Below are positions 1 through 13,754 of a stretch of DNA of 64,000 nt, piece after piece. The DNA comes from Eledone cirrhosa (taxonomy: Eukaryota). A program made the translations under genes and the position numbers. Each line of letters starts with the position of its first letter. Within the stretch, counting starts at the first letter, position 1. The DNA lies in assembly GCA_964016885.1 (NCBI GenBank), contig OZ024745.1:125488001-125552000 (forward strand), read 5' to 3'. A model generated the notes under the pieces. The model saw only the letters and a list, made by a program, of their open reading frames with translations. It searched no databases and was not told the origin of the DNA.

Positions 1-849
1 TTGTTACGATATATTATCATCACCTAGAAACGATCGTAAACCAGTGAAATATATTTCTAATGACTTGAATTTTTATTTCATTGTTTTAACTTATATATAT
101 ATATCGCTTTTAGCTTTTCCGATTATGTATTTATATATTTACTCTTGTAGCAACAAATATGACCTTTCCCGATATAAGGTATGACTCTCTTTGTTTATTT
201 GTTAGATGAATATTGATTGTTTGTTCTTATATCTCATTCTGCTATTTTGCCCGAGAAAATATCTATATGTGTCATAAAGCGGTGAACACATGGTTATTTT
301 TTCATATCCAATTGAGTTCTCAGCACGTGGCTTGAATTCTTGTCAGAGTTCAACGACCTGCGCATGTATTGTTTTTGGTGGTAGCCTCTTTCCACCCATT
401 TTTGGGACAGTGTGAGATTTTCTTTAGAACTGCTGGACTAACAACCTAGCAGTCCCCTCAAGCACTGATGGTGATTATCGCTAGATATTGATGTTGATTT
501 GGTTATCAATACTAATATTATTGGGTACCCACTGAGATTTATAAGTGCCTTCTTGAATAAGTATCTGTTGATCTTATACAAGCTTCTACATAACTTGGTA
601 TAATTTCACACAACTTTTAGAAATCTTATAGTGAAATGAGTCGTCTGGGAAATGATATATTTGATATATCTCATATGAAATAATACAGCCAATAATCCAC
701 ACAATACAATATAGTTAACACCCCAAACATTTAATTGGGAATATACTCAGGTATTTCCTAATGTTTGTTGAGTGAGTTGGAATTTGGCCGGAGTATCGAT
801 TTTAGCTTTCTCCGATTATGTATTTATATATATATATATATATATATAT

Positions 850-1295
850 TTCGTTTCTGAATTTTTTTAGCAAGATTCTTTATCTGAATTCGTGTGTTGA
901 AACCGATATTGTTATACTTTGGGAGGGTCATGTTGCCAATAAGAAACACACGCACCAATTGCTTTCACTCCAATTTATTATAAATAAAATTTATAAATTT
1001 AAGAATTTATAAATTTCTGGTTGGTTGGTTGGTTGGTTCCACAACCAGACGATTGATCATATATTGTAAAAGTTCTTTCGTCACACATTCTGTGACCTCT
1101 TCAGTGACTGGGGCTTCTTTTCTTTGTTTTTGTGCCTCTCCTTTGTTCTGTCCTAAAACAAGATGGCGTAGGACAGAACAATGGAGAGGCAGAAATTTAT
1201 AAATTCTTAAATTTATAATTTAATTTATAATAAATTGGAGTGAAAGCAACTGGTGCGTGTGTTTCTTATTGGCAACATGACCCTCCAAAGCATAA

Positions 1296-1300
<5 letters not shown>
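850..1300. mobile_element. (TA)n-embedded fold-back non-coding element, family A (Penelope-like pLTR derivative)
   Basis: Inverted arms at about 907-1018 and 1191-1300; second copy at about 32453-32960; internal hammerhead-like motif. Confidence 0.65.
1066..1108 (-). ncRNA. Minimal hammerhead ribozyme-like motif (family A)
   Basis: gtca CTGAAGA g GTCAC agaatgt GTGAC GAAA gaac T T ttac. The stem I partner is tgac in the sister copy near 32660 and 32825. Confidence 0.5.
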
Positions 1301-2870
<1,570 letters not shown>

Positions 2871-4832
2871 TGATAATAATAAAGGTTTCTCATTTAGGCA
2901 CATGGCCAACAATTTGGGGGAAGGGGAAAGTCGATTAAATCAACCCCAGTGCATTACTGGTACTTTATCTTATCAACCCTGTGAGGATGAAAGGCAAAAC
3001 TAACCTCGGTGGAATTTGAACTCAGATCGTAAAGTGCCATAACTCTACGCCACTAAACATGTTTTACCGATACTGTCATCCGCCACCCTTATCATGATAA
3101 TAAGTGTTTCTACTTTTAGGCACAAGGCCAGCAAATTACCCAGTGCATTACTGGTACTTTATTTTATCGACCCCGTAAGGATGAAAGGCAAAGTAAACCT
3201 CGACAGGATTTTAACTCAGATCATAAAGGGGAGTGACTCTATGCTGCAAAGCATGGTGTCCAACCCTCTACTGATACTACCAATCCACTGCCCCATGATC
3301 ATAATAATAATAATTATAAAAATAATTTTAATGAATCCACAAGTGTGATAAGCTATCAATTGTAGAGTTGAGACTAATCACAACTGATCCTACCTTGAAC
3401 TGATCAATTGCGAAATGTATGTCATGTGTGAATAAATATATTGTTACTTCATTCCTGCTCCTTATTATTATTATTATTATCATTATTGTTCTTTGAGTCT
3501 CAGTCATTGATGTTAGTTAACTGGAAAGTTTGTTGAAATGAATATCAAGCCACTACCTGCAGCCTCAGATATTCAGGATGTATCGGAGGGTTCTTGCTGT
3601 TCCCAGCAAGCATGCCTTTTGAAGCGTTCCAAAAAGCATGAAGGGGCCAATTTTCTTTAACCATCCCTGGAAACTTTTTGAGATAGTACCTAGTGCGCCT
3701 ATGACAATCACTATTATTATCATTTATGTATGTCATTGCTCCAGTTTACTCAGCTGTAGAAATGAGATGATTGGACTGGGGTCCCTATCATTCCACTGCA
3801 AAGTGGTCGTGGAGGTGCCACGGCAAAAAAGCACCCAGCACTCACTGTAATGAGGTTGGTGTTAGGAAGGGCATCCAGCTGTAGCAATCAAGCCAGAATC
3901 AGTTCCCATCCCACCCTTGCAAGCAGGCAAAAGTGGACGTAAAATGATGAATGATCATTCATTCATTCATTCATTCATTCATTCATTCATTCTCTTCTTC
4001 TTAATGATACTGATAATGGTAAAGCACTAAATGTAGAATCATGCAATAGTAGCTGGACCCACATATTAGCATTGAGTAGAATGTTATCTGTTAAAACTAG
4101 TATGATCATTATTGAATTTACGAAAAGTGGAGTAGAGATACTGTAAAGATGTTCTGTCCTATGTTTAAGCTTTTACCATTTCTATAGCAATTGTCCATCT
4201 GCTATCAAATCAGTAAAAACTTAACAATAAGATAGAAAATCGTTATAATACGTATGTTATAAATATATATGTATCCAATTGAGATTCTGTTGAACTCATT
4301 AAACTTATTCTAATCAACAAATATGCTCCACCCCAAATAAACACCCAAACTTTTAAAATTTACTGTAACCTTTCAAAATAAATGCCTCCTACCCCCTCAT
4401 TCCTCTAAATAAAATTTCCTTTATATATTGCTAGGCTTAATCTAAAATTTCACTAGATGATTTAACCCTTGGCTGAGGTGCATATAACATATTTTATTCA
4501 CATTTTGCATTCCTTTCCCATGCTGGCATGGTTGGAATGGTCATCACAATCCAAGAGTAATTGTGTTGGAGAGTCATATCTTGCTCATACATTCCATGGC
4601 TGGATGTATTTTTTGTGGCACAAGCACTAGAACAGTTATGTGCATGGCAAGTGTAAAGAGTCTTCTATGGCTTATACTGTCTCTGTACGTTTGGTTCCTA
4701 ATTTACAGAGAGTATTAGATGCATTGTTCCATAACTCCTACAGAGAAGAGTTTGCCAAGCACTTGACAGAAGGAAAGGGTCTAATATAACGTATGTTCTT
4801 CTGATTTCATTGTGAACCGCTTAGCTCACACA

Positions 4833-4873
<41 letters not shown>

Positions 4874-5024
4874 GCACACACACACACATGTTTATATATA
4901 TATATAGTAATAATAATAAATTTGAAGACTAAAATCCAAAGAGGGCTTGATAAGGATAAATATATATCAAATATATAAATAAATAAGAACCCTAGAGCAA
5001 ATATTTATTAAAATTACAGATTAA

Positions 5025-5075
5025 AGTTTAAGCAAAGGATCGCTGCTTTCACCCTTAATGGGATCTTCTGAAACT
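5025..5075 (-). ncRNA. Hammerhead ribozyme variant with U4A and U17 (family C)
   Basis: AGTTT CAGAAGA tCCC attaa GGGt GAAA GCA gcgatcctt TGCT T AAACT; stems I, II and III all pair. Confidence 0.6.
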
Positions 5076-5185
5076 CAGAAGAACTCGTTAAAGGTGAAAG
5101 CAGCAATTCTTTGCTTAAACTTTAATCTGTTATTATATATATATATATATACACATATATGTACATATATATATATGTATATATA

Positions 5186-5226
<41 letters not shown>

Positions 5227-5775
5227 ATATATTATTTATATATATACACATATATGTACATATATATATATGGATATATATATGTGTGTGTATATATATA
5301 TATATATATGCGTGTATATATATTATATATATATATATACATATACTACCCTAAGTATCGAGTACCTTGGTGCGTTATGGTCCACCTGGTTCCTTACCAC
5401 ACTTCCTTCATTATACATATGTACTTATATAAAGAGAGAGAGTGAGAGAGAGATAGAGATCTGTCAGGGTGTATATGAATAATATACACTAATATATAGC
5501 AATGTTCTTATATTTATGAGACCAATACATACATATTGTATATTCTTAATTTTAAAAAAATACATATAATTATTCACACTAATGTAAATATACACAAACT
5601 CATTTACAAATTTATGCATACATAAACACACACACACATACATATTCACATACACAATGTGTGTAGTATATGTGTATATATATATAAGTGCCTGTGTTTA
5701 TGTGTGCAGACTGAAGCCAAAACAATGGGTTTGTTTATATATATATATAAATATATATATACACATCATATATGC

Positions 5776-5825
<50 letters not shown>

Positions 5826-6170
5826 GTATGTATATATATATATATGTGTATGTATATATATATATATATATATGCATGCATATTTATGTATGAATATAAG
5901 TATATATATATACACACTGAAGCCAAATATTTATTATAGAGATAATAAGCAGAGAAATAAGTAAATTATAAAGAAAAAACAACATAATTCCAATAATTTT
6001 AAGACATATATGACCATTCTGTACATAATCTAAAAATAAATTCCTGAATTAAGTAATTCAATCTAGCTAATATGAAAAACAGAAATTATATACTTGTATA
6101 ATTATACAAATATAAATCAATTGATATAAAATAAAATAAATGAAATAAGTATGTGATACGTAAAGACATG

Positions 6171-6640
6171 AATAATAATAATAATGATAAAAATAATAAT
6201 AATAATAATAATAATGAGAAGAAGAAGAAGAAGAAGAAGAAGAAGAAGAAGAAGAAGAAGAAGAAGAAGAAGAAGAAGAAGAATTGTTCCTACTTTAGGC
6301 AGAAGGCCAGCAATCACCCAGTACATTACTGGTACTTTATTTTATCAACCCCATAAGGATGAAAAGCAAAGTTAACCTCGGCGGGATTTGAAGAAGAACA
6401 ATAATAATAATGATGATGATGATGATGAGAAGAAAAAGAAGAAGAAGAAGAAGAAGAAGAAGAAGAAGAAGAAGAAGAAGGAAAAGAAGAAGGAAAAGAA
6501 GAAGAAGGAAAAGAAGAAGAAGAAGAAGAAGAAGAAGAAGAAGAAGAAGAAGAAGAAGAAGAAGAAGAAGAAGAAGAAAAAAGAAGAAAAATAGAAGAAA
6601 AAGAAGGAGAAGAATACCAACAACAACAACAATAATAAGA
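6171..6640. repeat. (AAT)n/(GAA)n trinucleotide arrays interrupted by a SINE fragment
   Basis: Directly visible. Confidence 0.95.
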
Positions 6641-7087
6641 GTGAAAATTATCATACAAAAATCAATGTATAAGTGAAAATGTGGAATAGTGATTGGGAAA
6701 GAGGTATATAATGCAGACGGTTATGGAGATGTCACTCTTTTACTATGAGTAGTATTGAATTTATAAGTCTTACATTTATCAGTGTTCATTGTGACACCAT
6801 GAGACCTGTTTGTAATTGAGAATCGTTGAGAGGAAATCTTTGTTAGGAAATGTCTGCTTTCCATTAGCTCTGGCATCAAATATATCCAACTTGAATCGTA
6901 CATAATGAAAGGGAAAAGTTTAGATTCTAGAAAGGATCGAGTAATGGAGAATGTTTTATTCACAGAAAATTAAAAACTAATATTTTATGTGATTTGCTAT
7001 TGGATGTGTTGAAAGGGGATATGGAGATATATCATATTTTAGCAAGAATTATCTTTATATATATGTGTGTGTGTGTATTTATATATA

Positions 7088-7516
7088 TGGTAGTGAGACT
7101 TGGGCAGCAACTGCAGAGGATATGTGACGGCTAGAGAGAAATGAGGCAAGCATGCTCCATTGGATGTGCAATCTCAATGTGCATGAACGACCCAGCATGG
7201 ATGTGTTGAGAGAGAAACTGTGTCTGAGAGGGATAGAATGTAGTGTGCGGGAGAGGAGACTGTGGTGATATGGACATGTGATGAACATGGAGGATGACCA
7301 ATGGGTGAAGAAGTGCCAGGAAATGCCAGTTGACGGAAGACATGGTAGAGGAAGACCACGAAAAACATGGGCGGAGGTGGTGAGAGCACATCTCAGATCG
7401 CTGAAGCTCACGGTGGATATGATGAAGGACCGTGACAAGTGGAGAGATGCTGTGCTGAATAAGACCTGTCCCACCTTTGCAAGCAGGAAAAAGCGGATGT
7501 AAAATGATGATGATGA

Positions 7517-7518
<2 letters not shown>
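7088..7518 (+). mobile_element. RTE LINE 3' fragment (second subfamily)
   Basis: GSETWAATAEDM*RLERNEASML...GRGRPRKTW; (GAT)n tail. Confidence 0.88.
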
Positions 7519-7587
<69 letters not shown>

Positions 7588-7675
7588 ATAACGGAGGAAA
7601 TGTGGTAAGGAACCAGGTGGACCATGAATTAGCCGTCGAAACGGCTTGAGCTCAGCCATCGGGGTCCTACTTGTT

Positions 7676-7728
<53 letters not shown>

Positions 7729-8020
7729 TTCGGGGCCTGATGACCAAGGACTTGCGATCTCAATAGTTAATTTCAGTCTGCAATTAGCTGTGGAAATGGC
7801 AAGAGTTCAACCACCGAGACCCAACTCTCTCTAATTTAGTAAGTCTACTATCCTAAGTATTGAGTACTCTGTTGAATAATGATCTTACTAGTTGAAAGCT
7901 GGCAAAATCCTGATTTATATATATATATTTATTGATATATATATGTGTGTGTGTGTTACCAATTGGGGGTTGATTTAATCGACTTCCCCTTTCCCAAAAA
8001 ATTGTTGGCCTTGTGCTTAA

Positions 8021-8240
8021 TCCTTTAGAATTTAAACCGGCCATATCAGCCAGAATTCTCTCACCTCATTTTGTTCAAACTGGCCATATCCAGTCACTCA
8101 TACTGATGTTAAGGTATTATTCTCAAAATAAATAATATCAAAATCTCATAGATTCAATATTATGTGAGATAATTATGTGAAATAAAGTGTTTGCCATGAA
8201 AATGCAGTAGTAGATATAGAGTAATGTAAATGCTAAAGGG
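8021..8240. mobile_element. piggyBac-like MITE (220 bp, TTAA TSD), inserted in a SINE tail
   Basis: TTAA|tCCTTTAGaATTTA...TAAATGCTAAAGGG|TTAA; three copies in the window. Confidence 0.8.
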
Positions 8241-8279
8241 TTAAATTGAAAACCATTATTGTTCTGTTCTAGGTGAAGA

Positions 8280-9120
8280 CACCATGCCATTCAAGAAGCT
8301 CCATGAAAAGTAATATTAATGCAGTTAATATTCTTCTTGGATGACTGTAAGACAAATATGTGGAGGGCAAGGATTGCAACTACTTACTAGAGGCAAGGTA
8401 GGTTTTAGGAAGGTGGCCACTATAAGGCTGATGAGAAGAGGAGAGAAAAAGAAGTCTACAATACCTGAGAGGGGGAAGCAGGATAAAATATATTTCAAGG
8501 TGTATAAGCCACCATAGTAGTAATAGAATAGACAGATAAAGGATGGAAAAGCATATATCTGGACCAGAATTTGAGTCTGAATGAGATTTAGATGTATTTG
8601 TGTAGCAATAGCACCATCCCAGATGTGGGATCTCTACTTCATTGTCTGTCTCCCTTAAACTTTATGAAATTAGTGATTGGTGGAGGCTGAATTATATTCA
8701 TTATCTGAAGAGAAAGGCCAATTTCTGTGATGCAGTTTTGTCTATCTTGAGGATGTGTGTTCTTCAGGTTAGCTCCTCATTAATAATAAAGTCTAGCATT
8801 TGGAGTAATTTAATGGTTTAGGTGCATACTCTTCATATTTGAAGGGGGTACAATAATATTTTCTTGATACTTGTAGTGATTGTGTCTTTGTGTTGTTAAC
8901 AGAGGCAAGATTGTCATAATCCCCATCAGAGAATTGTTTGAGATCTCTATTCAAGTAGTCAATGAAGATTTGTTATAAGGCATATAGATTGCATTTAGAT
9001 AATGTTTGGGTGTGGAAGGCTAAGAAGAAACTGAGTGGGGTATCATCTGTGTCAGATGATACCACACTCAATTATGGCAAGTTAAGTTGTTGATAGATAG
9101 GAAAAGGGCTGTGAAGGACA
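8280..9120 (-). mobile_element. Degenerate CR1/Jockey-group LINE remnant
   Basis: Reverse-strand fragments TDDTPL (decayed ADD), SHIWDGA and SPLL/SH; heavily decayed. Confidence 0.5.
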
Positions 9121-10965
9121 AAACCAAACTCTAGAACACATAAGAGTCATTACAAACCCTTAGAATTTTCTTTTGAATCTCTTAGACCCATAAATATAGA
9201 TAAAAACAGCGTTGGCTGAAAATGATAACAACTCAGAACGATCCTCTGCGCTGCTACGATCTAGGGGAACTCATTTCATTTGAGATATTCTAGATTTCTC
9301 AATACAAATAAAAAATTTGTAAGTATTAAATAATTTAAAATAAAAAGAAAACTGATTATTTAATTTGGAGGATGAGTTATGGTATGAGAGAAAATAATGA
9401 TATTAATGTATGAACTTTCAACTAAAGGAGATAAGGCAAAATCATTATTTCCTGGAAATCTAAAGATTTCAATAGAAGATGTTTGCTTCAATAGTATTCC
9501 ATGCCAATTACAGTATATCATGCCAAATCTGTGTTGCATTAAGAATAATGCTTATGATGTACCTCATCCGTGGTCACAGGGGTAAGAATCTTTATAAACT
9601 AAGGCTTTAAGGTACATTCATGATTATCTACGTCACAAGACATTTTAAGTTCTTTGGCAATTTTGTAAATAGAAAATTATATCGTAGAATAAAGTTAAAT
9701 AAATTCTACAAAAACATTGGCTGATCTAAAGTTGAGGAAAAATATTTGAGTTAGTATAATGTGATTTTCAGCCTCTGAACTTTTGTTCATATTTTGTAGT
9801 TTATGAGGAGAACGTGTGTTACATCTATAGAAGTTCAATAACACCCTTTGAACTTTCTCTCAACCACATATCCTGACTCAATGTTTGTTTGTACTGAAAA
9901 TATGGGCATATCGTTGCCAATAATGTAGATAATCTCTCGCTTGCTCTCGCCCAGTCTCCCAGTTGTAGTTATGAAAGTACTTGAAATATTGATATATTAT
10001 ATGGGCAGACGTGGTGTATGAGTAGGGGATATGCTTCTCAACCTCATTGTTTTGTGTTCAAACTTGTTGTGACACCTTGGATAAGTATCTCCCACAATAG
10101 CCTCAGGTTAACTAATGCCTTGTGTGTGGAGTTTGCTAGATGTAAGTTGCAAAAGGCTACTTCTATTGCACCTATTCCACCTGGATACTATAATGTGATC
10201 CCTCTTTGTGGACTATTACTATAACCTATACAAGAACCATGTTGAGAAAAATACTTTGGTAAGCAATCCTACTTGTTTTACTTTTGTTTGTACACTGATC
10301 TACACAAACAAATTTTGTTTGTACATATATTCATATATATAGATGTGTGTGTGTGTAGAATGAGTTTCTGTAATTTCCATGATATATATATTTATATATA
10401 AAATTATGCCTGTGTGTATGTTTACATCAGTGTTTGTGTCTGGGAATTTGGTGGTTCAACAAGAAAAATCGATAAAATAAGAGACAGACTTCAAAAAGTA
10501 ATTATTTGGCTCAATATGATCAACTAAACGAAAGTAATGCACCAGCATGACTAAAACCAGTAACATTTTCTCACAATATCTATATTACCATGAACTTCAG
10601 ATTTCTATCCTCTCCTTTGTGAAGGTGTGTGTTTCTTAAGTCTGATTAACAATTTAAATCTGCCAGCCTCGTATCCTGTTGTGCTATGAACCTTTGGTTA
10701 CTACTGTTATTTCCATTACATTCAATACAAACCTATGATCATTTTAGATTATTGCTTTTGACTGAGTTCTTCAGTAAAACATTGTTATGTTTTTTTATAC
10801 AAATACCTAAGGCTGGAGATAGCATACATGGCAGAAAATAGGCATTCAATAGATAAAAGAGCTCTGCTCTAGGTTTTTACTCTACAGTTTTATGAACATT
10901 TGTATATCTACCATTATCTACTGACTCCTGATACTGCTAACATAAATCAGAATGAAGAGAAACTG

Positions 10966-11056
10966 TTATAAATTCTATAAACACTGACATGATGTTTTGT
11001 ATTGGATATTATATATCCAATACAAAACATCATGTCAGTGTTTATAGAATTTATAA
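10966..11056. repeat. Perfect hairpin with 44-bp arms and 3-nt loop
   Basis: TTATAAATTCTATAAACACTGACATGATGTTTTGTATTGGATAT, tat, then its exact reverse complement. Confidence 0.92.
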
Positions 11057-12667
11057 ATTTATAAAAATCAAAGCCCTAAAATTAGTTTGCCACTACTAAT
11101 CATAAAAACGAAAACATAGCTTCATTTTATATTTAAATACATATTGTCTATGAGCATGTATTTCATCACAAAAAATCCATCATTCTCAATATAGTCAAAA
11201 AGGGCTGTTCAATTGAGTCAATGATGAACCAGTTCTCTAATGCCATGACAAATGTATTCAGTAAACCTTGAAATTTGGTTGACAATAGGAAGGGCACCCT
11301 GTTGTAAAAACCATACTAAAAGCAACAAGAGAACTCTCTAATTGTATCAAAGACATGGAAATTGATCTAGTGTTTATGATCTACATCATACATGCTCTCT
11401 GTATACCCTGTAAAGTGGTTGGTGATAGGAAAAGCATCCTGTTGTAGAAAACTTGCCAAACAAAGAGTCAAAATAACTCTGCAATTGTGAGTTACACATG
11501 ACAACCTCCCCAGCATTGGTGAGCTACATGATAAATGCATCTAGTACACTCTGTATAGTGGTTAGTGATAGTAGGGGCATCCAGTTACAGAAAACCTGGC
11601 CAACAAATGGTCAGGAGGATTCTTCAGTCATGCCATAGATATGACAACCTCTTTAGTGCTGTTGATATACATGATAAACAAACCGAGTTCACTCTGTAAA
11701 GAACCCCAAACCATATTCTGACCTTTATCCTTTGTATGTGACTCCTCAAGAAAATATATCTGCTATAAGATCCTTCCCCAAAAGCAATAACAAAAGTACA
11801 CCTGGCATCTGGCCTGTTCAGCTTGTAAGCCTGTTATCATCAGTTGAATACAATTGAGGCAATCACCAATAGACTCTTTCATGGCTATTTGAACCTCCAC
11901 AATCATGATCTCTTCTGAGGAAGAAGCATACAAGCATACTGTAAACAATGTATTCAGAAGGCTAGCAGTGAAAATCATTTATAAGTCCATCATCTGTGAA
12001 CGTAGCAAAGAACTGACTCCTATGCAACTCAGAGTCAGAGTAGTAGCTAAATGCAAGGACACCACCCACACTGCTAGACAGTTTATTAAAGACTTGTGGG
12101 TCCACATCAAATCGATTCTCTATTTATGATTACAGAAAATTATGAATTATCATGAACATCTTTCAATTGGTATTTAAGAATATTCATGATTGCTTTCTTA
12201 GGCCAATTACATTCCACAAGAGAAAAGCCAGCTGGGAAAGAAGTATATTAAATGCAGGTTGTAGCTCCTGGCAGATGCATCACCACTTAACTGTCGACGG
12301 GAAGGATTTAAACTCAGAATGCATAAAGACTAAAGAGATACTGCAAAGCATCTTGAATGATTCTTTAATGATTCCACCAATCCACCACCTATGAATTAGT
12401 ACTTTATTTATTGACTGCTAAAATGATCAAAGGCAAAGTTAATCTTGGTGGGATTTGAACTCAGAGAACAGAGGGCCAAAACATTTACCAAGGTATTTAA
12501 TCTGATGCCATAAAGATGGTCAATTCATTGCTCTAATCAATTATCCAAACTATAATAAGGACAACAAATTGTGCAATGTCCTGTTCACATTGCAACCTGA
12601 ATTAAGATATATTATACTTTGAGATTTACAAATGAAAGAGCAAGGTAAAAATAAAAAGTATAATTAC

Positions 12668-12817
12668 CTTTGACCAATATCCTGTAATCCATAATGATGG
12701 ACAGGTGCCAATATTACATTTCCGGCTAACCTGAGGCTTTCTACCGATTTCACATTGGTTAGCCTGTGGACATTTAACTTTCCTCCACTGGGTTCCATCC
12801 CCACATGTTGCTGAACA
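12668..12817 (-). CDS. ADAMTS7/12: ADAMTS7/12-like exon: TSP1 repeat
   Basis: ttttgcag| acceptor and |gtaatt donor; 150 nt, phase 0 to 0. CSATCGDGTQWRKVKCPQANQCEIGRKPQVSRKCNIGTCPSLWITGYWSK. Confidence 0.94.
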
Positions 12818-12844
12818 CTGCAAAAATATCAAGAAAAACAAATT

Positions 12845-13102
12845 ATTATCATCATCATCACCACCATTATCATCATCATTGCAAGCAACATAATTATGAT
12901 GATCATCATCACAACCATAATCATTATCATCATCATCGCAACCAGCATCATCATCATCATCATCATCATCATCGTCACCGCTATTATCATCATCATCATC
13001 ATCATCATCACAATCACCATCACTGTCATCATCAACCTCATCACTATCATACTACCATTAATATCATACTCATCACCATTCTTACTGTCATCATCATCAT
13101 CT
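12845..13102. repeat. Degenerate (CAT)n array just upstream of the exon acceptor
   Basis: Directly visible. Confidence 0.9.
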
Positions 13103-13554
13103 CCACATGCTCAAATAATTCTCTATTTACATTGTTTAAAATATTCTAAACATGGGTATGAAAAGGTTTGTACGAAGGGAAGTATTTGCCATTATTTGAT
13201 GTATTATGATTTACACAATTAAAAAAAAAAGTCTGCCTTTGTTTTGTTTATTCTCACCTGTAATTAAAGGTCTATATTATGGAGAATATTATATAGATAT
13301 TAGATAAGTGTCTCATTAAAATTATATCATTTTCTCCATTTAATGAGATTTTGAAAGTTTACTTCGTATTTTATGAAAAAAATATTTTATAGAATTGGAT
13401 TCTAAGAGATAATATTCTTTAAAAAGAAAAAAAGATAATTTTGTTATATATTACGTATTTTTAAATAACAAAAATGGATATCTATTTTAGGACATCATTT
13501 GTATTGTGTAAGTATGAAATATGAAATAAAATACTGGATTGACAGTATCTACAG

Positions 13555-13754
13555 CAGGCATGTCTAACTGAGGGTCCCCCGAGGGCCACAGGAGTCGCAT
13601 ATGTGTTGTCTGAGGGCCAGACACAATAACAAAATTGTGTACATTACAACTAATTTTACAAAGATAAAACATGCTTGCACTGTAAAACACCTTTGTGCAG
13701 GTGTGCTTGTAAAGGGCTGCATGCAGCCCACAGGCCACATGTTTGGCATGCCTG
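13555..13754. mobile_element. hAT (Charlie/SPIN-like) MITE
   Basis: TIRs CAGGCATGTCTAAC and GTTTGGCATGCCTG, subterminal GGCCAC motifs, 8-bp TSD ATCTACAG/ATCGACAT (6 of 8 match). Confidence 0.7.

Noticed and set aside
6117-6676. Poly-K/R/L/S/F ORFs
   Set aside because: Artefacts of (GAA)n and (AAT)n repeats.
12805-13222. His-rich, Ile-rich and Met-rich ORFs (also 53614-53943 and 34701-35081)
   Set aside because: Degenerate (CAT)n/(GAT)n repeats with no splice or homology support.
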